Below, in pieces: positions 22,094 to 31,499 of a stretch of 64,000 bases of DNA. Within the stretch, counting starts at the first letter, position 1, and every line of letters starts with the position of its first letter. The notes below the pieces were generated by a model. That model made no database searches. It was given only the letters and a program-made list of their open reading frames with translations, and was not told the origin of the DNA. Source of the stretch: Akkermansia sp. (GTDB lineage: Bacteria; Verrucomicrobiota; Verrucomicrobiia; Verrucomicrobiales; Akkermansiaceae). The stretch lies in assembly GCA_045132635.1 (NCBI GenBank), contig JBGUSR010000026.1:983-64982 (forward strand), read 5' to 3'. The translations under genes and the position numbers were made by a program.

Positions 22094-24019
22094 ATGATTA
22101 TTCAGAACGAATTCATCAGCATCAATATCGAAACCGCCGGCCGCCGCCTGGCCAGCGTTCTCGTGCAGGACAAAATCAACGGCCGCAGCTATGATCTGGG
22201 CAAGGAGGTATTCACCATCCAGCTGCAGGAAGCCAAGACGGATGAAGCCTGCTCCAAAAAGGAATACACCGACATCTGCCTGCCGCTCAGCGCGCAGGAT
22301 CTGATGTGCGGAGAACTGAGCTGCACCGATATTGCTGCCAATGCCACCGCCCGACGCATGGTGGAGCGCCGCGCCGGCCAGCGCGCCTCCCTGCCCTTTG
22401 CCGTGACCACGGATGGCTACAAGCTTGAGTGGTGGGTGGAGCTGCGCGAGGGCCAGCCCTACTTCCGCACCGGTCTGAATATCACCCCCATGCAGTTTGC
22501 AATGCCCGCCCGCAAGCTGACGCTCCTGAACGTGACCGCCCCCGAGGCGCGCGTGGAAGGCAGCGTGAAGGGAGCCCCCATTGTGGCTGCAGGCAACCGC
22601 CTGTTTGCCGGTGTGGAAAGCCCGCTGTGCACCAGCGAGACCACGGAAACCGGCTTCATGTGCTCGCTGGAGCGCACCACCCACCTGCCCGCCCGCACCA
22701 TGAGCAGCATCTCCGCCGTCATGGGCTTCTGCCAGCCCGGGCAGCTGCGCCGCACCTTCCAGCTGGCCTACCTGAACGAGGAACGCGCCCGCGCCTATTT
22801 CCCCCTGCTCAATTACAACACCTGGTACGATATCGGTTACTTCACCCGCTACAACGAGCAGGACGTGCTGGACACCGTGCGCCTCTTCGGCGAGGAGCTG
22901 GTGACCAAGCGCGGCGCGGTGATGGATTCCTTCCTCTTTGACGACGGCTGGGACGACACCGAAACCCTCTGGCAATTCCACGCCGGCATGCCCAACGAGT
23001 TCCGCGAGGCGCGCAAGCTGGCCGAAAGCTACGGCGCACAGCCGGGCGTGTGGTTCTCCCCCTGGGGCGGCTACGGCCAGCCCAAGCTGAACCGCCTTGC
23101 CGCCGCCGGTGATACCTACGAGACCAACGAGCGCGGCTTTGCCCTCTCCGGCCCGAAATACTACGAACTCTTCCGCGACATGTGCCTGCACATGATTCGC
23201 GAGAATGGCGCCAACCACTTCAAGCTCGACGGCTGCTCCGGCATGGCCGAGCCAGCCCCCGGCTCCCGCTTCGGCTCCGATTTCGAGGCCGCCATCTCCC
23301 TCATAGAGGAGCTGCGCGCCGAGCGCCCGGATATCTTCATCAACCTCACCACCGGCACCTGGGCCAGCCCGTTCTGGTTCGGCATTGCGGACTCCGTGTG
23401 GCGCGGCAACTGGGACCACGATTTCTGCGGCGAAGGCACCGCCCGCCAGCAGTGGATTACCTTCCGCGATGCCATGATTTACGCCCACAACGTGAAGATT
23501 TCCCCGCTCTTCCCCATCAACTCCCTCATGACCCACGGCGTCATCTACAACAAGGGCGCCCGCGGGCTCACCACCACCGAGGGCAATGACCTGGCAGATG
23601 AGATCTGGAGCGGCCTGGGCCTGGGCACCCAGATGCAGGAGCTCTACATCACCCCCGCCATGATGCAGCCGCACGAGTGGGACACCCTGGCCGCCGCTGC
23701 CAAGTGGACCCGGGCCAACGCAGCCACCATGGTAGACAGCCACTGGGTGGGTGGCGACCCCGCCGCGCTCGAGGCCTACGGCTTCGCCTCCTGGAGCCCC
23801 GCGAAGGGCATTCTCGTGCTGCGTAACCCCGCCGCCACCGCACAGGATTTCAGCTTCGACCCCGCCGCCGTATTCGAGCTGCCCCTCGGTGCCCCGCTGA
23901 GCTACACCCTCAGCTCCCCCAAGGGCGACACCCTGCCCGCCACCGCACAGGCCGGCAAGCCCACCACCCTCAAACTTGCCCCCTTCCAGGTACTCGTCAT
24001 CGAGGCGATTCCTTGCTAA
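22094..24019 (+). CDS. glycoside hydrolase, alpha-galactosidase-like (clan GH-D, GH27/GH36-type motifs)
   Basis: 641 aa with no signal peptide. LLNYNTWYDIGYF ... FLFDDGWDD and NHFKLDGC resemble the DDGW and (Y)LK(Y)D(N)C nucleophile motifs of GH27/36. The antisense ORF 22079-24028 was rejected as a shadow. Confidence 0.65.
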   Translation: MIIQNEFISINIETAGRRLASVLVQDKINGRSYDLGKEVFTIQLQEAKTDEACSKKEYTDICLPLSAQDLMCGELSCTDIAANATARRMVERRAGQRASLPFAVTTDGYKLEWWVELREGQPYFRTGLNITPMQFAMPARKLTLLNVTAPEARVEGSVKGAPIVAAGNRLFAGVESPLCTSETTETGFMCSLERTTHLPARTMSSISAVMGFCQPGQLRRTFQLAYLNEERARAYFPLLNYNTWYDIGYFTRYNEQDVLDTVRLFGEELVTKRGAVMDSFLFDDGWDDTETLWQFHAGMPNEFREARKLAESYGAQPGVWFSPWGGYGQPKLNRLAAAGDTYETNERGFALSGPKYYELFRDMCLHMIRENGANHFKLDGCSGMAEPAPGSRFGSDFEAAISLIEELRAERPDIFINLTTGTWASPFWFGIADSVWRGNWDHDFCGEGTARQQWITFRDAMIYAHNVKISPLFPINSLMTHGVIYNKGARGLTTTEGNDLADEIWSGLGLGTQMQELYITPAMMQPHEWDTLAAAAKWTRANAATMVDSHWVGGDPAALEAYGFASWSPAKGILVLRNPAATAQDFSFDPAAVFELPLGAPLSYTLSSPKGDTLPATAQAGKPTTLKLAPFQVLVIEAIPC

Positions 24020-24042
24020 GCATGGCAAACCAGAGCGATTTC

Positions 24043-24075
24043 ATCCCCGCCTGTAAAGGCGGGGATTTTGCTTTC
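24043..24075 (+). terminator. rho-independent terminator of the glycosidase gene
   Basis: Stem atccccgcc / ggcggggat with loop tgtaaa, followed by tttgctttc. Confidence 0.7.
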
Positions 24076-24169
24076 ATCATTCACAATAAAAAGCCCTCTG
24101 CAAGTATTGGGAAACAGGTAACTCTAACCCCTTGCCTATCCGCCCCAGGTGCGTAAGATAAGAGGCGTT

Positions 24170-24289
24170 ATGACCGCCATACGCATCATCATCATCACCG
24201 TCGCCGTGCTCGGGCTCGCCGCCTGCAGCTTCGATGCCAGCTTCTCCACCCCCAACTTCACGACCAGAAAAACCAACACCCAGCAATAG
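24170..24289 (+). CDS. possible small lipoprotein (39 aa)
   Basis: Below the track length cut-off. AGAGG lies 4 nt before the ATG. MTAIRIIIITVAVLGLAACSFDASFSTPNFTTRKTNTQQ has a classic lipobox, LAAC. Its stop TAG lies inside the heptamer array. Confidence 0.4.
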   Translation: MTAIRIIIITVAVLGLAACSFDASFSTPNFTTRKTNTQQ

Positions 24290-24311
24290 TCAATCGTCAA
24301 TAGTCAATTCC
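24284..24311. repeat. CAATAGT heptamer array (caatagt caatcgt caatagt caattcc)
   Basis: Tandem 7-nt units. They contain the TAG stop of the small + ORF (24287-24289) and the TGA stop (tca, 24304-24306) of uvrC. The same heptamer is tandemly repeated at 34082-34106. Confidence 0.8.
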
Positions 24312-25854
24312 CCTTCAGCCACTGGCTGAAAGCCTGTGCCCACTTCAGGGAAATGCCGGGCAGCTCTGCCAGCTCCTCCGGGCTGCGGGAGCGGATGCCC
24401 GGCACCGTGTGGAAGCGCGCCAGCAGCAATTCCTTGCGCCGCGGAGTCATGGAGGGATAAGCATCCAGCTTACTCTCGCGCACGCGCTTGCGCACCAGCA
24501 GCTCATTATAATTATTCGCAAAGCGGTGCGCCTCGTCGCGCAGGCGCTGAAGCAGGCGCAGCGCCCCGCAATCATGGCTCAGCACCAGCGGCTCACTCTG
24601 CCCCGGCAGGTAAATCTCTTCATCGCGCTTCGCCAGGCCTACCACCGGCATCTGCTGCAGACCAATCTCTGCCAGCACCTGCACCGCAATGGCCAGCTGC
24701 CCCTTGCCGCCGTCCACCACCACCAGGTCCGGCACCTTGATGGGCGCCTTCCCCTCATTGGCCAGCTCTTTCAACCAGGCATACATATCCAGCCCCTCCG
24801 GCTTATCAAAAAGCGCGCTGCTCTCATTCACAATGCGAGAATACCGGCGGCGCACCACCTCCAGCATGGAGGCAAAATCATTCTGCCCATCCACCCCCTT
24901 GATGCGGTAGCGCCGGTACGCCGCATTATCCGGGCGCCCATTCGTGAAGCGCACCATACTGGCCACAATATGGTTGCTGGAAAGGTTCGAAATATCGAAA
25001 CACTCCATCACCGCCGGCGGCTGCGCCATGCCCAGATACCCGGCCAGCTCCGCCAGGTCGCGGTCCGGATCCACCGTGCCCGGTAAATCCGGCGAGCGGC
25101 GGGTGAAGCGACGCGTGGGCTCCAGCGTTTTCATGATATTCTCCCGCACATCGCGCAGGCGGGCAGCCAGCTCAAAATCCAGCCGCTCGGAGGCCTCCAT
25201 CATCTCTTGCGTCAGCGCATCCAGATGCGCCTGGCGGCCGCGTCCCTCCAGCAGGCCAAGAGCCGCCTCAAAATTCTCCCGGTACGCCTCCGGCGAAATA
25301 CGCCCCACACACGGCGCAGAGCAGTGGCGAATCTCATCATCATGGCAATGGCGGTACTGCTCCTCCCCCGGGTGGCGGCAGGTGCACGTGCGCAGCCGGA
25401 AGCGGTGGTTCAGCCACTCCACCGTCTCCTTCAGCGCCGTGGCATGCACAAACGGGCCAATATAGCGCGCGCCGTCATCCTTGCGCAGGCGCACCAGTGA
25501 GAAACGCGGGAACTCCTCCTGCCGGCTCGCCCGCAGCAGGTAATACCGCTTATCATCCCGCAGCTGCACATTATAATGCGGGCGGTACTCCTTAATGAGT
25601 TTCTGCTCCAGAATCAGCGATTCCTGCTCATTGCGCACTTCATAATAATCAAAATCCACAATCGCCGCAATCAGCGCACGCGTCTTGCCGTTCTCCAGCG
25701 TTGCGCGCGAGGGCGAGAAATAATTCGCCAGGCGCCGGTGCAAATCCTTCGCCTTCCCCACGTAAATCACCCCACCGCCTTCCCCCTTCATCAGATAAAC
25801 CCCAGGGCAATGCGGCGTCCGCCTCCACTTCTCCTTGAGGTTGACCTTCGGCAT
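24304..25854 (-). CDS. uvrC: excinuclease ABC subunit C
   Basis: GIY-YIG N-terminus (PGVYLMKGEGGGVIYVGKAKDLHRRLANYF), UVR-like segment (ERLDFELAARLRDVRENI), and C-terminal nuclease/HhH region. The track start 25878 is also possible. ATG 25854 (MPKVNLKEK...) gives the usual spacing before PGVY. Confidence 0.9.
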   Translation of the reverse strand: MPKVNLKEKWRRTPHCPGVYLMKGEGGGVIYVGKAKDLHRRLANYFSPSRATLENGKTRALIAAIVDFDYYEVRNEQESLILEQKLIKEYRPHYNVQLRDDKRYYLLRASRQEEFPRFSLVRLRKDDGARYIGPFVHATALKETVEWLNHRFRLRTCTCRHPGEEQYRHCHDDEIRHCSAPCVGRISPEAYRENFEAALGLLEGRGRQAHLDALTQEMMEASERLDFELAARLRDVRENIMKTLEPTRRFTRRSPDLPGTVDPDRDLAELAGYLGMAQPPAVMECFDISNLSSNHIVASMVRFTNGRPDNAAYRRYRIKGVDGQNDFASMLEVVRRRYSRIVNESSALFDKPEGLDMYAWLKELANEGKAPIKVPDLVVVDGGKGQLAIAVQVLAEIGLQQMPVVGLAKRDEEIYLPGQSEPLVLSHDCGALRLLQRLRDEAHRFANNYNELLVRKRVRESKLDAYPSMTPRRKELLLARFHTVPGIRSRSPEELAELPGISLKWAQAFSQWLKGN

Positions 25855-25997
25855 GCACGCATCATACCAGAACGCCACCAGAAAATCAATTCTGAACCAC
25901 CCGCAAGGCGCAAGCCTCCCTCCACACGTCCGAAATATATCGTCACACCGCTATATTATAGTGAAGCAACCGGGCCAGCGCGTTATGCTCAGTTCAA

Positions 25998-26609
25998 ATG
26001 ACCTCACAACACATTACAAGGTGCGACAAGGAATTCGGCACCTTCAGCGGCTGGCGCTTCGGAATCACGCGCTTCAAGCAACGTCTCGTACGCTACTTCT
26101 CCGATATCGAATACGGCAGCTCTGAGAACGCACTGGCCGAAGCAGAATCCTTCCGCGAGCACATCTACACCCTGCTCTCCCAGAATCCCGGCAACGAGGC
26201 CGACATCCTCCAGCAGCTCAATACCCAATACCGCCGCGACCGTGACCTCCCCGCAGCCCTACGGCGCTATGCCCCCAGCACCACCCAGCGCAAAGCCATC
26301 ACCACCCGCATCACTCCGCAGCTCAACCAGGCGCTGGAACACTACAGCTCATTCATGGGGCTCGAGACCAGCTCCGTTGTCCGCCTGGCGCTTTACCACT
26401 ATTTCACCCACATAGCCGGGCTCAGCGAACGCCCCACCCCCGAGGATTTGCAGAAACACGTGGACGAACTGGAAGCCCAGGCCATGGCTGTCGGTCTTCC
26501 CTCCTTCGCCAGCCTCATGACCAATGAGACCAGCACCGCCAGCTACCAGAGCGAATACCCCAGCATCGAAGACCAGGACCTGATGGCCGCAGAAGAGGCG
26601 GATTCCTGA
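25998..26609 (+). CDS. hypothetical DNA-binding protein (AP2-like N-terminus, RHH-like middle segment)
   Basis: 203 aa. FSGWRFGITRFKQRLVRYFSDIEYGSSENALAEAESFR resembles an AP2-type three-strand-plus-helix unit. RKAITTRITPQLNQALEHYSSFMGLETSSVVRLALYHYF is RHH-like. Acidic tail. Assignment is tentative. Confidence 0.55.
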   Translation: MTSQHITRCDKEFGTFSGWRFGITRFKQRLVRYFSDIEYGSSENALAEAESFREHIYTLLSQNPGNEADILQQLNTQYRRDRDLPAALRRYAPSTTQRKAITTRITPQLNQALEHYSSFMGLETSSVVRLALYHYFTHIAGLSERPTPEDLQKHVDELEAQAMAVGLPSFASLMTNETSTASYQSEYPSIEDQDLMAAEEADS

Positions 26610-26712
26610 TTCGCCCCACCCCTCAATCAATTCCCGAAACATTAAGTCCGAATAGCAGAGTTCCTGCCATTCTTGGAAAAATGTGATTTTCATCACACTT
26701 TTCAACAAACCA

Positions 26713-26860
26713 GGCGATTTGGCGGGGGCTCAAATCTTTCGGAGCACGGGACTTCAGTCCCGAAAACTCAAGCGATGAGGGACTAAAGTCCCTTGCTCCG
26801 ACAAAAACAGTTGCTCGCCAAACTCCCATTTGGCGAAGCAATCTTTGGGACACATGTGTA
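26713..26860 (+). repeat. dispersed structured repeat, full copy 2 (148 bp)
   Basis: Aligns end to end with 13816-13964 with a few substitutions and the same hairpins. It lies between the stop of 25998-26609 and typA. Confidence 0.85.
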
Positions 26861-26961
26861 ATTCGTCCTTTTCCGCATCTTTGGGCTTTTCAAGTGGGGG
26901 CGAGTGTGCTAGACTCTGCGGCGCAGCCGCAGTATATAGCGGCGAATGGTAATTTTTTGTT

Positions 26962-28797
26962 ATGAGTGACCCGAGCAAATTCCGCAATCTGGCTATTATC
27001 GCACACGTAGACCACGGCAAGACCACGCTGGTGGACCAGCTTTTGAAGGCTGGCGGCACTTACCGTGAAAACCAGGAGGTGCAGGAACGCGCCATGGACT
27101 CCATGGATCTGGAGCGCGAGAAGGGTATCACGATTAAGGCCAAGAACACGTCGATTCACTGGAACGATTACACCATCAACATTGTGGACACGCCCGGGCA
27201 CGCCGACTTCGGCGCCGAGGTGGAGCGTGTGATGAAGATGGTGGACGGCGTGATTCTGGTGGTGGATGCCTATGAGGGTCCGCAGGCGCAGACGCGCTTT
27301 GTGCTGCGCAAGGCGCTGGAGGAAGGGCTGCTGCCCATTGTGGTCATCAACAAGATTGACCGCCCGCATGCCGATGCCATGAAGGTGCATGACCAGGTGC
27401 TGGAGCTGCTGCTCGACCTGAACGCCACGGAAGAGCAGTTCGAGGCTCCCTTCGTATACGGCTCCGCACGCGATGGTTATTTCATGAACAGCCCGGAGGG
27501 CGAGGCCCCGGTGGATTGCACGCCACTGCTGCACCAGATTGTAAAGCACATCCCCGCCCCGAAGGATGCCGACCCGGACAAGCCCTTCAAGATGCTCATC
27601 TCCAATATCGACTGGGATGACTACGTGGGCCGCGTGGCCGTGGGCCGCATCACCAGCGGCCGCGTGCAGAAGGGCGACACGCTCTACCTGCTGCGCCAGG
27701 ATGGCTCCCGCCAGCAGGCCAAAGTGACCAAGCTTTTCGAATACAGCGGTCTGCAGACCACCGACTCCACCGTGGGCGAGGCCGGCAACATCATCGGCCT
27801 CTCCGGCTTCGAGGATGTAGACATCGGCCAGACCCTCACCGCCGACCCGGAGGGCGAGCCCCTGCCCTTCGTGAAGATTGAGCCGCCGACAGTGCAGATG
27901 GAGTTCAGCATCAATGACGGCCCGCTGGGTGGCCGCGATGGCAAGAATGTGACCAGCCGCGTGATTCGCGACCGCCTGATGCGCGAGATGCGCACGAATA
28001 TCTCCATCAAGGTGGAGGATACCGACCTGGCCGGTGTGTTCAGCGTGTCTGCCCGCGGCACCATGCAGATTGCCATTCTGGTGGAACAGATGCGCCGCGA
28101 GAATTACGAGGTGCTCGTTTCCCGCCCGAAGGTGATTGTGCGCGAGATTGACGGCGTGAACTGCGAGCCGTTCGAGACGGTGTTCATCGAAGTGCCGGAT
28201 GAATGCGCCAACGGCACGGTGCGCATTCTGGGCAACCGCCGAGGCATTCTGGAGAACATGGAGGCCAACGGCAGCGGCCGCACCATCATTCAGGCCACCA
28301 TTCCCACCCGCGGTCTCATCGGTTTCGAGTTCGAGCTGGTGAACCTGACGAGTGGCCACGGTATCTTCTCCCACCTCTTCAAGGAATACGCCCCCTACGC
28401 CGGCGAAATCACCACTCGCCAGACCAGTACGCTCATTTCCATGGAGAACGGCATTGCCCGTCCCTACGCCCTGCAGGCTATGGAGGAACGCGGCACGCTG
28501 TTCATTGCCCCAGGCGATGAAGTGTACGAAGGTATGATTGTGGGCGAGAACCCGAAGGATATTGACATCCCGGTGAACCCGACCCGTGAGAAACACCTCA
28601 CCAACCACCGCTCCGCCACCAAGAACGATTCCATCCAGCTCACACCGCCCCGCGTGTTCTCGCTGGAGCGCGCCATCGAATACATTGAGCCCGATGAACT
28701 GGTGGAGGCCACGCCGCATTTCATCCGCATGCGCAAACGCATTCTGGAAGCCACCGCCCGCAAGCGCGCCGGCATCCGCGAGGCAAACCTGGGCTAA
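26962..28797 (+). CDS. typA: translational GTPase TypA/BipA
   Basis: 611 aa. [27 protein letters not shown] and NKIDR G-motifs, with full-length BipA-like sequence. Confidence 0.96.
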   Translation: MSDPSKFRNLAIIAHVDHGKTTLVDQLLKAGGTYRENQEVQERAMDSMDLEREKGITIKAKNTSIHWNDYTINIVDTPGHADFGAEVERVMKMVDGVILVVDAYEGPQAQTRFVLRKALEEGLLPIVVINKIDRPHADAMKVHDQVLELLLDLNATEEQFEAPFVYGSARDGYFMNSPEGEAPVDCTPLLHQIVKHIPAPKDADPDKPFKMLISNIDWDDYVGRVAVGRITSGRVQKGDTLYLLRQDGSRQQAKVTKLFEYSGLQTTDSTVGEAGNIIGLSGFEDVDIGQTLTADPEGEPLPFVKIEPPTVQMEFSINDGPLGGRDGKNVTSRVIRDRLMREMRTNISIKVEDTDLAGVFSVSARGTMQIAILVEQMRRENYEVLVSRPKVIVREIDGVNCEPFETVFIEVPDECANGTVRILGNRRGILENMEANGSGRTIIQATIPTRGLIGFEFELVNLTSGHGIFSHLFKEYAPYAGEITTRQTSTLISMENGIARPYALQAMEERGTLFIAPGDEVYEGMIVGENPKDIDIPVNPTREKHLTNHRSATKNDSIQLTPPRVFSLERAIEYIEPDELVEATPHFIRMRKRILEATARKRAGIREANLG

Positions 28798-28933
28798 GGT
28801 ACGAGGTTCGAAGTGGGAAGTACGAAGTAAAATCAGCTACGCTTCCGGCGCAGGGTGATTTGAGGCATACACTTTCTCCTTTTCATTTCGCTCCATTTGG
28901 GATAGACTACGGGTAGATTTACGAAAACTTCCT

Positions 28934-30031
28934 ATGAACCCGCTATCTCCACAGACAGAGCTTTTCGACAATATCGCGCACCTCATTGAGCAGGCGCGGC
29001 AGCGCGTGCGCACAGCGGTCAACACCGCTATGGTCTGCACGTATTACGAAATTGGCCGCCACATCGTCGAACACGAGCAGAAAGGAGAACACCGCGCGGA
29101 ATACGGCAAGGCTGTGCTCAAGGCGTTATCTGCCCGGCTCACCGAACGCTTTGGTGACGGGTGGAGCTATGCGCAACTGAAGAACATACGACAGTTCTAT
29201 CTACTGTACGAGGAAAAGGCTAATCAGTGTTTGTCCTTTTCTGATGAAGAGAGTCTGAAAAAAGCTAATCACCGATTAGCTTTTTCTCAACGCATAAGCA
29301 ATAAACTATTTACTCTATCCTGGACCCACTATCTCGTCCTTATTCGCGTGAAGGATGCCGCTGCACGCAATTTCTACGAAATAGAATGCGCTGAGCAGAA
29401 CTGGAGTGTGCGGCAGCTGCAGCGTCAGGTCAATTCCAGTCTGTATGAGCGTCTGGCGCTCAGCCGCAACAAGGATGACGTGTTACGACTCGCGAACGAG
29501 GGGCAGAACATCACCAAGCCAGCAGATATCATCAAAGACCCCATCACGCTGGAGTTTCTGGGGCTCAAGCCGGATGAATCCTACACAGAATCCAGGCTGG
29601 AGAATGCCATCATCACGCGCATGCGGGACTTCCTGCTCGAAATGGGCAAAGGCTTTCTTTTCGAAGCCCGACAGAAGCGCTTCACTTTTAATGAAGAACA
29701 CTTCTATGTAGATCTTGTATTCTACAATCGTCTGTTGCAATGCTACTGCCTCATCGACCTCAAAACCGATAAGCTCACCCACCAGGATCTGGGGCAGATG
29801 CAGATGTATGTCAACTACTTCGACCGCCATGTGAGGCAGCCTTTCGAAAAGCCCACCATCGGAATTCTGCTCTGCAAGGAGAAAAATGATGCTCTTGTGG
29901 AGCTTACCCTTCCCGATGAGGCAAACATCTACGCTTCATCCTACGAACTCTATCTGCCGGATAAAGCCCTGCTTCAGGCCAAAGTGCGCGAATGGATTGC
30001 AGATTTTGAAGCAAACGAAACTGATTCCTGA
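28934..30031 (+). CDS. YhcG-like PDDEXK nuclease domain protein (DUF1016 family)
   Basis: 365 aa. The N-terminus (LFDNIAHLIEQARQRVRTAVNTAMVCTYYEIGRHIVEHEQKGEHRAEYGKAVLKALS), WTHYLVLIRVKD..ARNFYEIE, and the C-terminal core FYVDLVFYNRLLQCYCLIDLKTDKLTHQDLGQMQMYVNYFD match my recollection of the family. Confidence 0.85.
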   Translation: MNPLSPQTELFDNIAHLIEQARQRVRTAVNTAMVCTYYEIGRHIVEHEQKGEHRAEYGKAVLKALSARLTERFGDGWSYAQLKNIRQFYLLYEEKANQCLSFSDEESLKKANHRLAFSQRISNKLFTLSWTHYLVLIRVKDAAARNFYEIECAEQNWSVRQLQRQVNSSLYERLALSRNKDDVLRLANEGQNITKPADIIKDPITLEFLGLKPDESYTESRLENAIITRMRDFLLEMGKGFLFEARQKRFTFNEEHFYVDLVFYNRLLQCYCLIDLKTDKLTHQDLGQMQMYVNYFDRHVRQPFEKPTIGILLCKEKNDALVELTLPDEANIYASSYELYLPDKALLQAKVREWIADFEANETDS

Positions 30032-30033
30032 CT

Positions 30034-30546
30034 ATGTTTTCCGAACTCATAAACTGGTTTACAGGGGTGGATTATTCTGCCGGGGTCATGTATGTGGCCG
30101 CAGTGGTGCTGTATATCGCAGGTTTTCTGGGAGCTGTGCTGCCGTATCCGGGGTGCCTGGTGGCGCTAGGCGGCAGCGTGTGCTACGCCGTGGCGGCAGG
30201 TGCCCCTTACCCCACCTGGTGGTTCTGGATGATACTGCTGGCGCTGGCAGTATTCGGCACCTTGGTGGACAACATCACCACGGCGCTGGGTGCCCGCAAG
30301 TTCGGCGGCAGCAAGCACGCCTTCTGGGGCAGCATGATTGGTCTTTTCGTGGGCGCGTTCTTCGTTTTCCCCTTCGGCATCATCATCGGCCCCTTCCTGG
30401 GGGCGTTCATTGCCGAGCTGCACTTTCAGCGCAAGTCCACCAAGGACTCCGCTAAATCCGGTCTCGGCGCCACGCTAGGTCTGCTGGCCGGTGTGCTGGG
30501 CAAAATCATCGTGGTGAGCCTTATGCTGGTGCTCACGCTGATGTAA
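30034..30546 (+). CDS. DUF456-like inner-membrane protein
   Basis: 170 aa with 4 predicted TM helices. GARKFGGSKHAFWGSMIGLFVGAFFVFPFGIIIGPFLGAFIAEL resembles DUF456. It starts 2 nt after the yhcG-like stop. Confidence 0.7.
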   Translation: MFSELINWFTGVDYSAGVMYVAAVVLYIAGFLGAVLPYPGCLVALGGSVCYAVAAGAPYPTWWFWMILLALAVFGTLVDNITTALGARKFGGSKHAFWGSMIGLFVGAFFVFPFGIIIGPFLGAFIAELHFQRKSTKDSAKSGLGATLGLLAGVLGKIIVVSLMLVLTLM

Positions 30547-30582
30547 GTGAAGTCTGATAACTTGGAATCAGGTCGCCTGTAT

Positions 30583-30628
30583 TTTCGGGACTGAAGTCCC
30601 GTGCTTCGACGAAGAACGCCTAATCGCC
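30583..30628 (-). repeat. truncated, inverted copy of the structured repeat (5-prime ~46 nt only)
   Basis: The reverse complement reads ggcgattaggcgttcttcgtcgaagcacgggacttcagtcccgaaa. It matches the ggcgatt start and the agcacgggacttcagtcccgaaa hairpin of the full copies. The second hairpin and the long hairpin are absent. Confidence 0.7.
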
Positions 30629-30640
30629 CTCCTCCCGCCC

Positions 30641-30672
30641 AAAAAGGCACGCCCCCGTGCGGGAGCGTGCCT
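30641..30672 (-). terminator. rho-independent terminator of the LamG PEP-CTERM gene
   Basis: Stem aggcacgc / gcgtgcct with an inner ccc/ggg extension. On the minus strand it is followed by ttttt (a-run 30641-30645). Confidence 0.7.
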
Positions 30673-30707
30673 GAAAGAAATCTGGTTGTGTATTCAACAC
30701 CCAGCCA

Positions 30708-31499
30708 TTAGCGACGGCGGCGGCGAGCGGCCAGGCCTGCGAGAGCCAGAAGGCTCAGCGTAGCAGTGGCGGGCTCGGGAACAACGTCATCACTACCGGC
30801 TGCTACCATAGGCAGAGTTGCCACTTCCTCAGCAGTAAGAGCACGGTTCCACAAGGCGATATCATCCACAGTCACGCTGTTGGAAACGCGGCCACCACCG
30901 AAAGCGGCACCGAACTGGAAGCCGGTAAGAGCTGTGCTGGCGGTAACGCCATCAGCATAGGTGAAGGTCAAAGTCTCAGCATTGGCAGTACCGTCTACAT
31001 AGGCGGTCAGAGTATTGGCAGCACCCGTGGCATCAAACACCAGGGTCAGCACCTTTCCTTTCAGAGAATCAACGCTGCCAAGGTTGATGTTGGAGGCATC
31101 GTCAGCTACATTGGAACCCGTAAAGTTTTCGGTGTACAGCATCAGATTACCGCCGTTATCCTTCTGCAGCTGGAGACTATGATTTGTGCCAGATGTAGTT
31201 CCGTTGGTGTAAATCGAAATAGCATCGGTCCAGTTGGCGGCATCAAAATTCACCAGCTTCATGCTGAAAGTGAAAGCATCGGTAAAATTGCCACCCATGG
31301 TGGTGGTCCAGACGCGGCTGTCTGTGTAGTCACCACCGGCGATACCCACGCCATTCTCTACGTGGAATGCATTGTTCATACCAAATGTAGCGGCCTGGCT
31401 GTAGCCATCGCCGAAAGATTCTGCCCACTGCAGACCATCCGTGATATCAGCGGAGGCCACACCAGCCAGAGCCATCAGAGCAATGATTGTCTTCTTCAT
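30708..31499 (-). CDS. LamG/concanavalin-like domain protein with PEP-CTERM anchor
   Basis: 263 aa with signal peptide MKKTIIALMALAGVASA. VDDIALWNRALTAEEV is the typical LamG C-terminal motif. Tail VPEPATATLSLLALAGLAARRRRR. Confidence 0.85.
   Translation of the reverse strand: MKKTIIALMALAGVASADITDGLQWAESFGDGYSQAATFGMNNAFHVENGVGIAGGDYTDSRVWTTTMGGNFTDAFTFSMKLVNFDAANWTDAISIYTNGTTSGTNHSLQLQKDNGGNLMLYTENFTGSNVADDASNINLGSVDSLKGKVLTLVFDATGAANTLTAYVDGTANAETLTFTYADGVTASTALTGFQFGAAFGGGRVSNSVTVDDIALWNRALTAEEVATLPMVAAGSDDVVPEPATATLSLLALAGLAARRRRR

Noticed and set aside
22079-24028. 649-aa minus ORF over the glycosidase gene, and the similar 26890-28719 ORF over typA
   Set aside because: The + strand products carry clear family motifs (DDGW/KLDGC; the G1-G4 GTPase motifs). 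The minus products are low-complexity Gly/Ala/Glu-rich.
24284-24311. CRISPR-like or microsatellite interpretation of the heptamer arrays (also 34082-34106)
   Set aside because: The units are 7 nt with no spacers, so this is not a CRISPR array. No cas genes are in the window. They are kept as a finding only for the frame-rotating stop-codon property.
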